A DNA stretch of 58,924 nt, counting the filler, from Candidatus Hydrogenedentota bacterium (GTDB taxonomy: Bacteria; JBFMHD01): the NCBI GenBank assembly GCA_040752395.1. It is 4 parts of 4 records of this genome, joined end to end, with 100 filler letters (N's around TTAATTAATTAA, not from the genome) between each part and the next. Parts side by side here need not be neighbours in the genome. Positions count along the whole stretch, not along the records: positions 45,074 to 58,924 come from JBFMHD010000060.1; 3 more parts are not named here. One strand, given 5' to 3'. Position 1 is the first letter of the stretch; the number at the start of each line of letters is the position of its first letter. Positions 47,154 to 57,939 of the stretch are shown here, piece by piece. Below the pieces are notes generated by a model, which was given only the letters and a program-made list of their open reading frames with translations, searched no databases and had not been told where the DNA came from. The position numbers and the translations under genes are program-made.

Positions 47154-48114
47154 AGCAAAGAAAGACAAGAAAAGAATAATTTATTCTGAAAGTAATGAAC
47201 CACGCATATTAAAGGCATCAAGAAAAGCTATGGATGATGGGGTCATTGAACAGGCGATTTTAGTAGGAGAAAAAAATAGTATTGAAAAAGCCTGTAAAGA
47301 TAATGATGTATCATTGAAAGGCTATGAAATTATTGAACCACAAAATGATAGTGATTTTAACAAACTCGCACAGGAATTATATCACTTAAGAAAGCATAAA
47401 GGGATGACAGAAGATGAAGCTGTTAATTTAAGTAAAACATCGTTAATTTATGCCAATTTACTTTTAAGGAGCGGTCGGGGTGATGGGATTGTTACAGGGA
47501 GTGTTACAACAACTGGTGATGTGGTAAAAGCAGCTGTGACCATAGTTAAACCACGTGAAGGAGTAAAGGCTGTGTCAAGCTGTTTTATAATGGAAACACC
47601 TAATTGTCACTATGGTAATGTCTATATATTTGCTGATGCTGGCGTTATACCAAATCCTGACCCTGAACAATTGTCTGATATCGCAATAGCAAGTTATGGG
47701 TTATATAATAAACTTATCGGCGGTGACGCTGTTATAGCTTTTTTATCATTCTCAACAAAAGGGAGTGCAGAACACGAGCACGTAGATAAAGTTAAAAAAG
47801 CTTATGAGATTTTTAAAAGTAAATATCCAGAGATACCAGCTGATGGTGAACTACAGGGAGATGCAGCTATAGTACCTGATGTCGGCAAACGAAAAGCACC
47901 GGAAAGTAAATTTGCAGGTAAAGCGAATATCTTAATATTCCCTGACCTCGATGCAGCTAATATCTGTTACAAACTTGTTGAACGTATGGGTGGGGCAAAA
48001 GCACTGGGACCAATTTTGCAGGGGCTATCAAAACCTGTGAATGATTTATCACGAGGTTGCAGTGTTTCTGATATTTATGGTGTTACCGCCATAACCTCAC
48101 TACTTGCTGATTAA
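47125..48114 (+). CDS. pta: Phosphate acetyltransferase
   Basis: LSFSTKGSA, DGELQGDAA, IFPDLDAANI, KPVNDLSRGCS. Confidence 0.95.
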   Translation: MGVLDDILSKAKKDKKRIIYSESNEPRILKASRKAMDDGVIEQAILVGEKNSIEKACKDNDVSLKGYEIIEPQNDSDFNKLAQELYHLRKHKGMTEDEAVNLSKTSLIYANLLLRSGRGDGIVTGSVTTTGDVVKAAVTIVKPREGVKAVSSCFIMETPNCHYGNVYIFADAGVIPNPDPEQLSDIAIASYGLYNKLIGGDAVIAFLSFSTKGSAEHEHVDKVKKAYEIFKSKYPEIPADGELQGDAAIVPDVGKRKAPESKFAGKANILIFPDLDAANICYKLVERMGGAKALGPILQGLSKPVNDLSRGCSVSDIYGVTAITSLLAD

Positions 48115-48165
48115 TACCACATCATCATTGTTGATGTAGTGGCGAATAATTATTTGCTACTACTC

Positions 48166-49461
48166 TTAAAGAAAATATGTCTCAAGAAAAGCTGAAATAA
48201 TCAATAAAGGGAAGAGTATAATTAAATAAAGATAGTAACGTTTAAGTAACGGGATACCAGCATTTAGAAAACCAGGATTTTTATCTGAAAATACTTTTAA
48301 ACCTGTTTCGGTTGATAGTATCATTAAAAATATAAATAGCGGGATCTCTACAATGAGAAACAGAATATTTTTAGGGAACAAGGGTATGAAAACAGAGACT
48401 GTTAATAAATTTGTTTGAGTATTATTAAGTGTAGAAAATATTAATATCCCTGTGATAACACCTGTAAAGAAGGATGAAACACAGGGTATAACACCAAAAC
48501 TTATTAAAGACAGGATTCCAAGCGCAATAAAAGCTCTGATATTATGTTTCAGGATCGCATAAAATATATTGATTTTACTAATAGAGCTGCTATAGGATAA
48601 AATATCAGGGGTTATATCGTTAAGATACAGATATGCGATTGTTCCTACAAAGCCTATTATAGATGAGATTAGAACAATAGAGATTGAAGATTTCGAGATA
48701 TTTTTTATAGAAATATTTTTTAGGAATAAATTCTTTAAAAAACTAAGCTCATTTTTGAAAATAATCTGGTCTTCACGATTAAATGTTTTTAGACCAAGAC
48801 ATATAAATAAAAGGGCATACAAAAAAATAGATATTATATAACAGGCAAGCAATTTTAATCTACCTGTATATAATAGATAGCTTTCAAGTCCGAGAAGCAG
48901 GGTTCCGGGTAAAATAACAAGGCTGCTTGCAACGTTTGCTGCTCTTATGGTTGATGTACCGATTGAAATAATACACGATGAAGAGACAAGAAGAACGGAT
49001 TTGATTAATAAAAGTGTAAAAATAAGAAGAATATAAGGCTGATACGGCAGGCTTAAATTATAAAACAATGTTAAAACATAGAATAGCAAAAGAGAGCATA
49101 AACCCAGTGTTGCAGGTATAATGAATGCTGAGAAGAGTTTTGAGATATAAAGTTCTTTTTCTGATACAGGCAGAGATAAAAGTATCTCAAAAGTCTTTCT
49201 TTCTTTTTCGCCTACGAAACTTTCAAGTGCAATCGGGATAGTTAATGAGAGCGGGAAACTCGATACAAACAAAAAACAAAGGTAATAAAGTTTTTTAAGT
49301 GGTATCTCATAAACAGGCTCTGTGAATAAAACAAAAAGTATATTAATAAATGTTACTGCCAAACAGGGAACGAATATACACATCAGTATTGAGGGCAGAC
49401 TTAATCTTATATCGCTGAAAAATTCTTTCAACTCTTTATAAATAATAACTCTGTTTAACAT
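48166..49461 (-). CDS. ABC-2-type permease fused to SpoIIM (DUF95)-like membrane domain
   Basis: VGEKERKTFEILLSLP; C-terminal ILKHNIR...EIP...SAFLETY. Confidence 0.75.
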   Translation of the reverse strand: MLNRVIIYKELKEFFSDIRLSLPSILMCIFVPCLAVTFINILFVLFTEPVYEIPLKKLYYLCFLFVSSFPLSLTIPIALESFVGEKERKTFEILLSLPVSEKELYISKLFSAFIIPATLGLCSLLLFYVLTLFYNLSLPYQPYILLIFTLLLIKSVLLVSSSCIISIGTSTIRAANVASSLVILPGTLLLGLESYLLYTGRLKLLACYIISIFLYALLFICLGLKTFNREDQIIFKNELSFLKNLFLKNISIKNISKSSISIVLISSIIGFVGTIAYLYLNDITPDILSYSSSISKINIFYAILKHNIRAFIALGILSLISFGVIPCVSSFFTGVITGILIFSTLNNTQTNLLTVSVFIPLFPKNILFLIVEIPLFIFLMILSTETGLKVFSDKNPGFLNAGIPLLKRYYLYLIILFPLLIISAFLETYFL

Positions 49462-49462
49462 A

Positions 49463-49635
49463 TCTAACTATAATAATCAGGCTTCGGACTTCGGGCTCTT
49501 CTGGCTTCAGGCTACGGGCTACAGCCAGCTGGAGCCTGTAGTCTGTATCCTGAAGCCAACTTATCATCTTATGCTTTCTTCATTCATTTTACATTTTACA
49601 ATTTACAATTTCCAATCTTCAATTCTCAATTCGAC
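49463..49635 (-). repeat. Modular repeat copy plus (caattt/cattttt-like) heptamer array related to 24494-24527
   Basis: ggcttcaggctacgggctacagccagctggagcctgtag...; revcomp gtcgaattgagaattgaagattgg vs gtcgaattgcaaattgaagattgc. Confidence 0.85.
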
Positions 49636-49652
49636 ATTCAAAAGAATGTCGC

Positions 49653-50498
49653 CTAAGGTGTCGTGAATTTAAAGAAGTTTTTAAGTAAATCTTTTCTTGC
49701 CGGTTCTATACCCACTGGGAAAATATCTTCTTTGTAATATTTTTTTAGAATATCAGGGATCTCATTGTGATAATTTTTTATAAAATAATTTTTTATATAA
49801 TCTGAAAATTCAAAACTATAATGTATGTTATTTTTTAATAAATAAAGGAATTCCTGTTTTGTGCCCTGAAATATTTTTTTACCTGATTTAATTAAAACCA
49901 ATTCATCAGCGAGATGAAATATCTCATCAAGATTATGACTTGCAACAAGCACATAACAATCCCTGCTAACATCTCTAATTAAATCACGGATACAGACAGC
50001 ACTTTCAGGATCAAGTGTGCTTGTGGGCTCATCAAGAAAAAGAAAAAGGGGTTTATGCTGTAAAACCCGTATAATTGAGACTTTCTGTGACATACCTTTT
50101 GAGAAACTGCCAAGCTGTGCGTTTTTGTATTCAGTTAAAGAAGTTTTATCTAAGAGATATTCACGAAAAGAAAGATGCTCTTTGTCTCTCTTTGAATATA
50201 TTGATAAAAAGATGTCAAGATACTCACTTAAAGTGAACCTGTCATAATATGAAGAAAATTCACTTAAGAAGCCTATGGTTCGCCGAAAAGCGTTATCATA
50301 GCTTAGAATCTCTTCATTTAAATATATAGCCCCAGAATCAGGAACATATAGACCTGTAAGTAAACGCAAGAGAGTAGTTTTACCTGCACCATTTGGACCA
50401 ACAACAACATTTAAACTACCCTTATTTAAATTAAAAGACAACGCGTTAAGAACTCTATTTGTTATGAGAAATTTGGTAACTGAGTTGACCCTTAACAT
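49653..50498 (-). CDS. ABC transporter ATP-binding protein
   Basis: GPNGAGKTT, FSKGM, LDEPT, SH. Confidence 0.92.
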   Translation of the reverse strand: MLRVNSVTKFLITNRVLNALSFNLNKGSLNVVVGPNGAGKTTLLRLLTGLYVPDSGAIYLNEEILSYDNAFRRTIGFLSEFSSYYDRFTLSEYLDIFLSIYSKRDKEHLSFREYLLDKTSLTEYKNAQLGSFSKGMSQKVSIIRVLQHKPLFLFLDEPTSTLDPESAVCIRDLIRDVSRDCYVLVASHNLDEIFHLADELVLIKSGKKIFQGTKQEFLYLLKNNIHYSFEFSDYIKNYFIKNYHNEIPDILKKYYKEDIFPVGIEPARKDLLKNFFKFTTP

Positions 50499-50681
50499 TT
50501 AATACCCAAGAAAGAATAAGATAGACCCAATACTAATGATTACAAAGATACTTACTACCTATAACTGAGGAATTAGCCACGGGGTATCATAAAAACAATT
50601 GACCTTCCTACAATAAAAAACATATTATTAAAAGATAAAAGTAGGGTCAAGAAAGAAGAAGAAAAAAGACAGGAGTTATTT

Positions 50682-52349
50682 ATGCCTGCTGACGATGATT
50701 TTAAAAGTGTAGCTTCGTTTTTACAAGAAGGCAAAGGGCTCTCATTTGATGAAGCCTTAAAGATGTCTGAGATTGAACCTGCAGTTAAGAAAGAAAGAAC
50801 CCCGCTTGAAAAATTCAAAGTTTACGTTGAACGAGATTTTACAGTAAGGAGTAGAATAGAAAAATATTATTGGGACATCAAATATGGTAAACGTCCCTAT
50901 TATTATGCTGCTTTTGTTTTAGGAATGATTGCCGTAGTAGCGTGGGGTATCGTTTATAACCAACAATTTTCTAAACGCGCAAGAATAGAGAAAAATCTTA
51001 ATTCTGCTGAATTAGCCTTAAAAAATAAAGAGTATGATAAACTTGATGGATATTTAGCCAACACAGTTTCTTTAGGTGCTGATAGGCAGACCATTTATAC
51101 GAATTTTGGTTTAAAAGCCCTTGATAATGATTTGATAGACCTTGCTGAAAAATATTTAAATAAAGCCATTGAGGAACAGGGTAGTCTAATAGAAGGGAAA
51201 ACTCTTTTTGTTTTAGCTAAAGTCGCATATAGAAAAAAGAATTATACTGAAGCAAGAAAAAAATTAGAGGAGGTCATTGCAACTGATCCTGCTAATATTG
51301 AAGCAAGAAAATTGTTTGGTATTCTTATGTATATGGATGGCAATTTATTAAAAGCAGAGGAAGCATTTAATGATGTTATAGCTTTAAGAACAAATGATTT
51401 CGGTAGTCTATATTACCTTTATAAAATATATAAAACCAGGGGTGAATGGGATAGACTGAAAAGGATTTACGATTTAATGATCGGACTTGATTATAAAGAA
51501 GTAGAAGAAATTCAGGAATTAGAAGATTTAGGTGAGATACTTGCTAATTCTGAAAATTATAAAACAGCTATTAATGTTTTTAGCAGGGTACTTGAACTTA
51601 AACCAGAATCCATAAAGAGTATCTATAATTTAGCGCTTATTTACACAGGTCAGGGGAAAAGCAAAGAGGCTATAAATCTTGTAAATAATGCTATAAGATT
51701 AGCGCCGCATCATTATTTGAGTTATAATTTACGTGGAGAGATATATTATTATAAATTGAATGACCCTGTAAGAGCACTTGAAGATTTTAATACCTGCATA
51801 AGGATTAATCCTTTATATCATAAAGTTCATTATAATCTCGCTCAAATTTATTTTTATGAAACAAATGATTACGAATCAGCTATAAAAGAATATTTGAAAA
51901 CTATCAAATTAGGGCTTCATCCCGAGGATGACGATATAGTTTTATATAATATAGCTTATTCTTATTATCAATTAAAAGATTATAATAATGCTTTTGTTTA
52001 TTTTAAGAGACTTTACGAGAAAAGGAAAGGTGATTTAGACCTCGCTCTTATTTGTGGAAATACAGCCTTTCTTTTTAAAGATTATAAAACAGCGCTTGAT
52101 TACTATCGAATAATCATATCAACTATTCCTAAAACGCCGTATCTTGTGAATAATATGAGTATCACATATTTTATGATGAATAACAAAAAAGAAGCGCTAA
52201 AACTTATGTGGGAAGCTATTAAAATGTCATCGCAGGATTCTAAAGAAATGGAGTTTTATTCTAAAAATCTTAATTATCTTATAAGCAATAATTTACCTGA
52301 TGATGTTTCTACGTTATTATATCAGAAGATGGAGAAAAACTTAAGATAG
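50682..52349 (+). CDS. Membrane-anchored TPR protein
   Basis: One TM (YAAFVLGMIAVVAWGIVY) then many TPR-like repeats; CAGGAG SD. Confidence 0.85.
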   Translation: MPADDDFKSVASFLQEGKGLSFDEALKMSEIEPAVKKERTPLEKFKVYVERDFTVRSRIEKYYWDIKYGKRPYYYAAFVLGMIAVVAWGIVYNQQFSKRARIEKNLNSAELALKNKEYDKLDGYLANTVSLGADRQTIYTNFGLKALDNDLIDLAEKYLNKAIEEQGSLIEGKTLFVLAKVAYRKKNYTEARKKLEEVIATDPANIEARKLFGILMYMDGNLLKAEEAFNDVIALRTNDFGSLYYLYKIYKTRGEWDRLKRIYDLMIGLDYKEVEEIQELEDLGEILANSENYKTAINVFSRVLELKPESIKSIYNLALIYTGQGKSKEAINLVNNAIRLAPHHYLSYNLRGEIYYYKLNDPVRALEDFNTCIRINPLYHKVHYNLAQIYFYETNDYESAIKEYLKTIKLGLHPEDDDIVLYNIAYSYYQLKDYNNAFVYFKRLYEKRKGDLDLALICGNTAFLFKDYKTALDYYRIIISTIPKTPYLVNNMSITYFMMNNKKEALKLMWEAIKMSSQDSKEMEFYSKNLNYLISNNLPDDVSTLLYQKMEKNLR

Positions 52350-52350
52350 T

Positions 52351-53301
52351 ATGAAGGATAAAATAAAAGTTGGTGTTATAGGTGTGGGTTATTTAGGTCA
52401 GCATCATGCAAGAATCCTATCAAGTATTAAAGGAGTAGATTTAGAGACCATTGTAGATATTGATAAGAAACGAGGAGAAAGTATTGCAAAACAGTATAAT
52501 GCAAAATTTGTCAGGGATTATAGAGAATTAAAAAATATAGATGCTGTCTCTGTAGCTATACCAACTGAGTCCCATTTTGAGGTCGCATCATATTTTTTGA
52601 AAAACAGGATAGATGTTTTAGTAGAAAAGCCTATTACTAATAATCTTGAGCAGGCAAGTAATCTTGTTAAAACCGCAGAAAAAAATGGATGCATTCTTCA
52701 GGTGGGCCATGTCGAGAGGTTTAATGGTGCTGTTTTAGAACTGAAAAAATATGTAAAAAATCCGTTGTTTATTGAGATACATAGATTGAGTTCCTTCCCA
52801 CAGAGAGCTATTGATGTCGGCGTTGTTCTTGATATAATGATACATGACCTTGATATAGTTTTATATCTTGTAAAAAGTGAAATAAAAAAAATTCAGGCTT
52901 ACGGAGCTAAAGTACTTACTGATAAAGAAGACATAGCTAATGTTAGACTGGAATTTGAGAATGGGTGTATCGCTAATATTACGGCGAGCAGAATCTCATG
53001 GGAAGTTCAAAGAAGACTGAGAATTTTCGAAAAAGATAGCTATTTCTCATTAGATTACAAGAATCAGACCCTGTATAGATTTAAGTTTCCAGCGAAGATG
53101 AAGAAGTGTGGAATACCAGCACAGCAAGATATTGAGGTTATATCGGTACCAGTTCAAAAAAATGAACCGCTAAGATTAGAACTTGAAAATTTTATTTATG
53201 CTGTCCGAAAAAGAAAAAAAACAGAAGTATCGGGTGAGGAAGGTAGAGATGTTTTACATCTTGCTTTGAAAATTTTATCGTGTATAAAAACAAATAGATG
53301 A
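52351..53301 (+). CDS. Gfo/Idh/MocA oxidoreductase, GnnA-like by context
   Basis: GVGYLG, VEKP, VGHVERFN, DIMIHDLD; overlaps lpxB. Confidence 0.88.
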   Translation: MKDKIKVGVIGVGYLGQHHARILSSIKGVDLETIVDIDKKRGESIAKQYNAKFVRDYRELKNIDAVSVAIPTESHFEVASYFLKNRIDVLVEKPITNNLEQASNLVKTAEKNGCILQVGHVERFNGAVLELKKYVKNPLFIEIHRLSSFPQRAIDVGVVLDIMIHDLDIVLYLVKSEIKKIQAYGAKVLTDKEDIANVRLEFENGCIANITASRISWEVQRRLRIFEKDSYFSLDYKNQTLYRFKFPAKMKKCGIPAQQDIEVISVPVQKNEPLRLELENFIYAVRKRKKTEVSGEEGRDVLHLALKILSCIKTNR

Positions 53302-54413
53302 CTAAAAGATTATTTTTTTCTGTCGGAGACTTCTCTTCTGATTTACATACCTCTGAAATAATAACAGAGCTTTTTAAAATAGATAAAGATTTAAAAATTT
53401 TTGCTGTTGGCGGAGATAAAATGAAAGAGAGTGGCGCTGAGATTCTTGAGTATACGGTGGGACATGCAACCGTAGGATTTATCGAGGCTTTTTTTAATTT
53501 ACCTTATTTTTATTATCTTGATAAAATGGTTAAGAGATTTATATTTAAAAATAAACCCGCTCTCGTTGTTCTTGTTGATAATCCCGGATTTAATTTAAGA
53601 TTAGCTGAATATTGTTATGAATTAAATATACCGGTAATTTATTTTATACCGCCTCAGGTTTGGGCGTGGTATTATAAAAGAATAAAGACAATAAAAAGGT
53701 GCGTTAAAAAGGTGCTCTTTATATTCCCTTTTGAAGAGAAATTATATAAAGACGAAAAAATAGAGGCTAAATATGTTGGAAATCCTCTCTTTATGAAGAT
53801 AAAAAAATTTCTCCAGAAAAAGCAAGAAATAGAGAACTCTAAAGAGAAAAATGATATCGCCATATTACCAGGAAGCAGATTATCAGAATGGCTATATCAT
53901 ATACCGATAATTAAAAACTTTATCAGAAATAGAAAAGATAAAAATTTCGTTATATCCATAGCCGAAACGTTAAAAGATATTCATAAGGTAATTAAAGATA
54001 TAGAAGAATTAAAAAAAATAGAAAATTTAATCGTCAGTTATGACAATGTTTACAATCTAATATCTAATAGTGAAAAGGTTTTATGCTCAAGCGGCACTGT
54101 GTCTTTAGAATCTGCATTGCTTGAGAAACCAGGTCTCTCTTTTTATAAAACTTCTTTATTAAACTATTATCTCGCAAAAAAAATTGCAAAACTACCCTAC
54201 ATTTCTTTGCCAAATTTAATATTATATTTTGCTAACGAAAAAGATATAATATATAAAGAATTGATACAGCAAAATTTTAATATTGAAGAACTTAATAAAA
54301 ATTTAGATAATATTATTTGTAATAAAGAGATATTTAAAAGATTAAAAGAATTGATTAGAGAGTTACCTACTTCAAAAATTGTAGCAAATGAAATTTATGG
54401 TTTGTTAGGATAG
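53298..54413 (+). CDS. lpxB: Lipid-A-disaccharide synthase
   Basis: DNPGFNL, PPQVWAW, FPFE, LPGSR, SGTVSLE, ISLPNLI. Confidence 0.94.
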   Translation: MTKRLFFSVGDFSSDLHTSEIITELFKIDKDLKIFAVGGDKMKESGAEILEYTVGHATVGFIEAFFNLPYFYYLDKMVKRFIFKNKPALVVLVDNPGFNLRLAEYCYELNIPVIYFIPPQVWAWYYKRIKTIKRCVKKVLFIFPFEEKLYKDEKIEAKYVGNPLFMKIKKFLQKKQEIENSKEKNDIAILPGSRLSEWLYHIPIIKNFIRNRKDKNFVISIAETLKDIHKVIKDIEELKKIENLIVSYDNVYNLISNSEKVLCSSGTVSLESALLEKPGLSFYKTSLLNYYLAKKIAKLPYISLPNLILYFANEKDIIYKELIQQNFNIEELNKNLDNIICNKEIFKRLKELIRELPTSKIVANEIYGLLG

Positions 54414-54423
54414 GAAATTTTAC

Positions 54424-56211
54424 ATGAGGTTGTATTTGCGATTACTTAAATACTGGAAGCCTTATATCGGCAGATTGGCTTTATCAGTATTATGTATGAT
54501 AATGTATGCGGTTTTCAGTTCGATCTCTATAATTTCCTTAAAACCATTAATAGATAAAATTTTAACCCCAACGGATATAACCGTGAATATTACCTTACCT
54601 GTAATAAATTATGTGATTTCTGGCTCGCCTTTATATCTATTAAACATTCTATGCATAACACTTGTTATAGTTTTTATCCTGAGAGGCTTTACAGGTTACG
54701 GCCAGACATATTTTATGATCCGTGCAGGACAGGAAGCTTCTTTTGATTTAAGAAATGATGTCTTTAGACATTTAATGTCTTTATCACTGGATTATTATGA
54801 ATCGAAAAAAACCGGGGACTTAATATCAAGACTGACAAACGATATGCTTATAATTCAGAACGCCATATCAAATGCTTTGATAGATATGGTTGGTAAACCT
54901 ATTGAGGTGATATTCTTTTTGGGAATTTTGTTTTATATTTCGTGGAAACTTACTCTTATTACTTTGATAGGTGTTCCGCTTATAGGATTTCTTATTTATT
55001 ACACAGGGAAAAAATGTAGAAAATTAATGTTAACAGGTCAGGCAAGGCTCAGTGATTTGACTGTAATAGTTCAAGAAGCAGTAAGTAATATAAGAATAAT
55101 TAAAGCATTTTCAACTGAAATCTACGAGAGCGATAAATTCAGAAGAGAATCAAGAAAAATATTTGATACTATAATGAGACTTGTTCGCATCTCTGTTATG
55201 TCCCCTTATTTGATGGAATTCATCGGTGGAATGATTGCTGCTTTATTATTGTGGGCTGGAGGGTATTTTATAGTAGTACAGAAAAAATTATCCGCAGGTG
55301 ATTTGTTTGTTTTTATATTTGCTTTATTAAGTTCTTACCGGCCTGCCAAAGCGTTTTTACAGATTAATAATTTAGTACAGCAAGCAATGGCTTCTGTTTC
55401 CAGAGTTATGGACATCTTAAATTCGAGACCTAAAGTAGTAGAAAAGACTAATCCGCTCTCTAAACTATCTTTTCAGAAAAGAATAATATATCAAAACGTC
55501 TCATTCGGTTATAATGATTCACTTGTATTAAAGGATATAAATATAGATTTAGAAAAAGGTAAAATTCTGGCTGTGGTCGGTCCAAGCGGCTGCGGAAAAA
55601 CAACTCTTGTCTCGTTATTACCAAGATTTTACGATGTGAAACAAGGATGTATATTAATTGACAATGTGGATATAAGGGATGTGGGACTTAAGACTTTACG
55701 TAGTATTATGGGTATAGTTACTCAAGAGGTAGTTTTATTTAATGATAATGTTTATAATAATATACTCTACGGATTGGACCATAAACCAAAAGAAGAAGAT
55801 GTGATTTCTGCAGCACAGATGGCTAATGCACACAACTTTATTATATCCTTGCCTGATTCCTATAATACAGAGATTGGTGATCGCGGGATGAAACTCTCTG
55901 GTGGTGAGAGACAGAGAATCGCTATAGCAAGGGCTATTTTAAGAAACCCTGAAATTTTAATACTTGATGAAGCTACAAGCGCACTTGATACTGAAAGTGA
56001 AAAACTTGTTCAAGAAGCTATATGCAATCTTATGAAAGGAAGAACTACACTCGTTATAGCTCATAGATTATCTACAATTACAAACTCTGATGAAATAATT
56101 ATTCTTGATTACATAGATTCAAATAAACACACTGCAACAATTGTTGACCGCGGAGACCACAAAACATTGCTTGATACCTGTCCGAGATATAAAAGATTTT
56201 ATGAATTATAG
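54424..56211 (+). CDS. msbA: Lipid A export ABC transporter MsbA-like
   Basis: TMD + GPSGCGKTT, LSGGERQR, LDEATSALD; between lpxB and lpxK. Confidence 0.88.
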   Translation: MRLYLRLLKYWKPYIGRLALSVLCMIMYAVFSSISIISLKPLIDKILTPTDITVNITLPVINYVISGSPLYLLNILCITLVIVFILRGFTGYGQTYFMIRAGQEASFDLRNDVFRHLMSLSLDYYESKKTGDLISRLTNDMLIIQNAISNALIDMVGKPIEVIFFLGILFYISWKLTLITLIGVPLIGFLIYYTGKKCRKLMLTGQARLSDLTVIVQEAVSNIRIIKAFSTEIYESDKFRRESRKIFDTIMRLVRISVMSPYLMEFIGGMIAALLLWAGGYFIVVQKKLSAGDLFVFIFALLSSYRPAKAFLQINNLVQQAMASVSRVMDILNSRPKVVEKTNPLSKLSFQKRIIYQNVSFGYNDSLVLKDINIDLEKGKILAVVGPSGCGKTTLVSLLPRFYDVKQGCILIDNVDIRDVGLKTLRSIMGIVTQEVVLFNDNVYNNILYGLDHKPKEEDVISAAQMANAHNFIISLPDSYNTEIGDRGMKLSGGERQRIAIARAILRNPEILILDEATSALDTESEKLVQEAICNLMKGRTTLVIAHRLSTITNSDEIIILDYIDSNKHTATIVDRGDHKTLLDTCPRYKRFYEL

Positions 56212-56222
56212 TTTGATGACAG

Positions 56223-56285
56223 CTGATACTTCCCACTTCTTGCTTCTACTTGATATCATTAGAGTTACAAAGTTTTTCAGAGGAG
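56223..56285 (+). repeat. Short modular repeat copy supplying the SD of the DUF374 gene
   Basis: ctgatacttcccacttcttgcttctacttgatatcattagagttacaaagtttttcagaggag. Confidence 0.85.
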
Positions 56286-56293
56286 ATACAAAA

Positions 56294-56923
56294 TTGCTAT
56301 TATGGATTTATGGTTTAATTGGCAGTATGATAATCAGATTTCTTGGTTTCTCAGCAAGAAAATGTGTTGAAATAGATGATGAAGCAGAAAAATTGTTAAA
56401 AGAAAATAAACCTCTGATATTTTCGCTTTTTCATTCACAAATTATTTTTCCAATATTCTATCACAGGAATTCTAACATAGATATTCTTGTCAGTAACAGT
56501 AAAGACGGTGAGATAATATCAAAGATTGTATCATTTTTAGGTTATGGCTCCTGTACGGGTTCTGCAAGAAAAGGTGGAACCGAAGCCGCGTTATCTATGA
56601 TTTCTGCTGTTGATAATAATCGAAAAATAGGGTTTACTGTTGATGGACCCCTTGGACCAAAATTTATTGTTAAACAGGGGATTATCTGGCTTGCTTCCTA
56701 CAAACAGATACCTATACTTCCCATAACTTACTCTGCAAAACCATCAATAGTTTTTAACTCGTGGGATAACTTTATTCTACCATTACCCTTCGCAAAAATA
56801 AAATATAAAGTTGATAAACCATTTTATGTCCCGCAAATATTTAACGATGAACAAAAGATAGAAGAATACAGATTAAAACTTGAAAAAATTATGTTAGAGC
56901 TGACAGATAAAATACAACAATGA
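56294..56923 (+). CDS. DUF374 (LpxJ-like) acyltransferase
   Basis: FHSQ, LVSNSKDGE, GSARKGG, TVDGPLGP, SWDNF..PLPF; TTG 56294 8 nt after GAGGAG. Confidence 0.85.
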   Translation: MLLWIYGLIGSMIIRFLGFSARKCVEIDDEAEKLLKENKPLIFSLFHSQIIFPIFYHRNSNIDILVSNSKDGEIISKIVSFLGYGSCTGSARKGGTEAALSMISAVDNNRKIGFTVDGPLGPKFIVKQGIIWLASYKQIPILPITYSAKPSIVFNSWDNFILPLPFAKIKYKVDKPFYVPQIFNDEQKIEEYRLKLEKIMLELTDKIQQ

Positions 56924-57939
56924 AAGAAAAAATAATCAAGTGGTGGTATAAAATAATAGATAGCAAAAAGGGTATAATCTATCTATTTTTTAAAATTCTA
57001 TCGATTTTTTATACTTTTATTAATAGTTTACATAAAAATATGACTAAAAAGAAAAAACTGAACTCCATAGTGATTAGTATAGGGGATATTACGCTTGGTG
57101 GCACGGGAAAGACACCATTTGTAATTGAGTTGAGTAATAGATTAAAACAGAGATATAAATCAGGTATTTTATCAAGGGGTTATAAAAGTCATAGAAAAAC
57201 AGAGCCGATAATTGTTTACAAAGATTATTCTTTAGATGTTAAAGAAACAGGTGACGAACCTCTTCTTATATATTCAGAAACCGGTCTTCCAGTTGGTGTT
57301 TATCCTGATAGATTTAAAGCCGGGGAACTACTTATAGATAGTTTTGATATTAATCTTTTAATACTTGATGATGGATTTCAGCATTATGCATTACATAGAG
57401 ATATAGATATTGTTCTTATAGATTTACATAAAGACCCTTCGCAATTAAATATTTTTCCAGCAGGTGATTTACGCGAACCTTTAGCCTGCCTCTCGAGAGC
57501 TAACTATATCGCAGGAGTAAGAAGGGGGTACGAAGAAAAAAAATATCTTAAAGAATGGGAAGATATAAGTAATAAAAAAATTTATATAATAGATTATAAA
57601 ATTGATGGGGTTTATAGAAGCGGGGTTAAAGTTGATAATATCAAAGAACCAGTGTATGTCTTATGCGGTATTGGGAACCCTGATTATTTTTTGAAAATAA
57701 TTCAGGCTATGAAAATAAGCATTGCCAACACATGGATTAGAGAAGACCATGCAGACTATACTGATAAAGATTTACAAATGTTAAAAGAGATTATACAAAA
57801 AGGGTATAGTATTATAACTACAGAAAAGGATTTTATAAAACTTAAAATTTTAGAAGATGAATTATATACTTTGAAAATTAAAATTAAAGCTGATGAGTTG
57901 ATAGATGAAATTTTTCGAAAGATTGAAGTTTGTAATTGA
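56920..57939 (+). CDS. lpxK: Tetraacyldisaccharide 4'-kinase
   Basis: GGTGKTP, SRGY, GDEP, LDDGFQH, LREP, TTEKD. Confidence 0.95.
   Translation: MKEKIIKWWYKIIDSKKGIIYLFFKILSIFYTFINSLHKNMTKKKKLNSIVISIGDITLGGTGKTPFVIELSNRLKQRYKSGILSRGYKSHRKTEPIIVYKDYSLDVKETGDEPLLIYSETGLPVGVYPDRFKAGELLIDSFDINLLILDDGFQHYALHRDIDIVLIDLHKDPSQLNIFPAGDLREPLACLSRANYIAGVRRGYEEKKYLKEWEDISNKKIYIIDYKIDGVYRSGVKVDNIKEPVYVLCGIGNPDYFLKIIQAMKISIANTWIREDHADYTDKDLQMLKEIIQKGYSIITTEKDFIKLKILEDELYTLKIKIKADELIDEIFRKIEVCN

Noticed and set aside
50682-52349. Spirochaete flagellar collar protein FlcA
   Set aside because: Only generic TM+TPR similarity; context is lipid A biosynthesis
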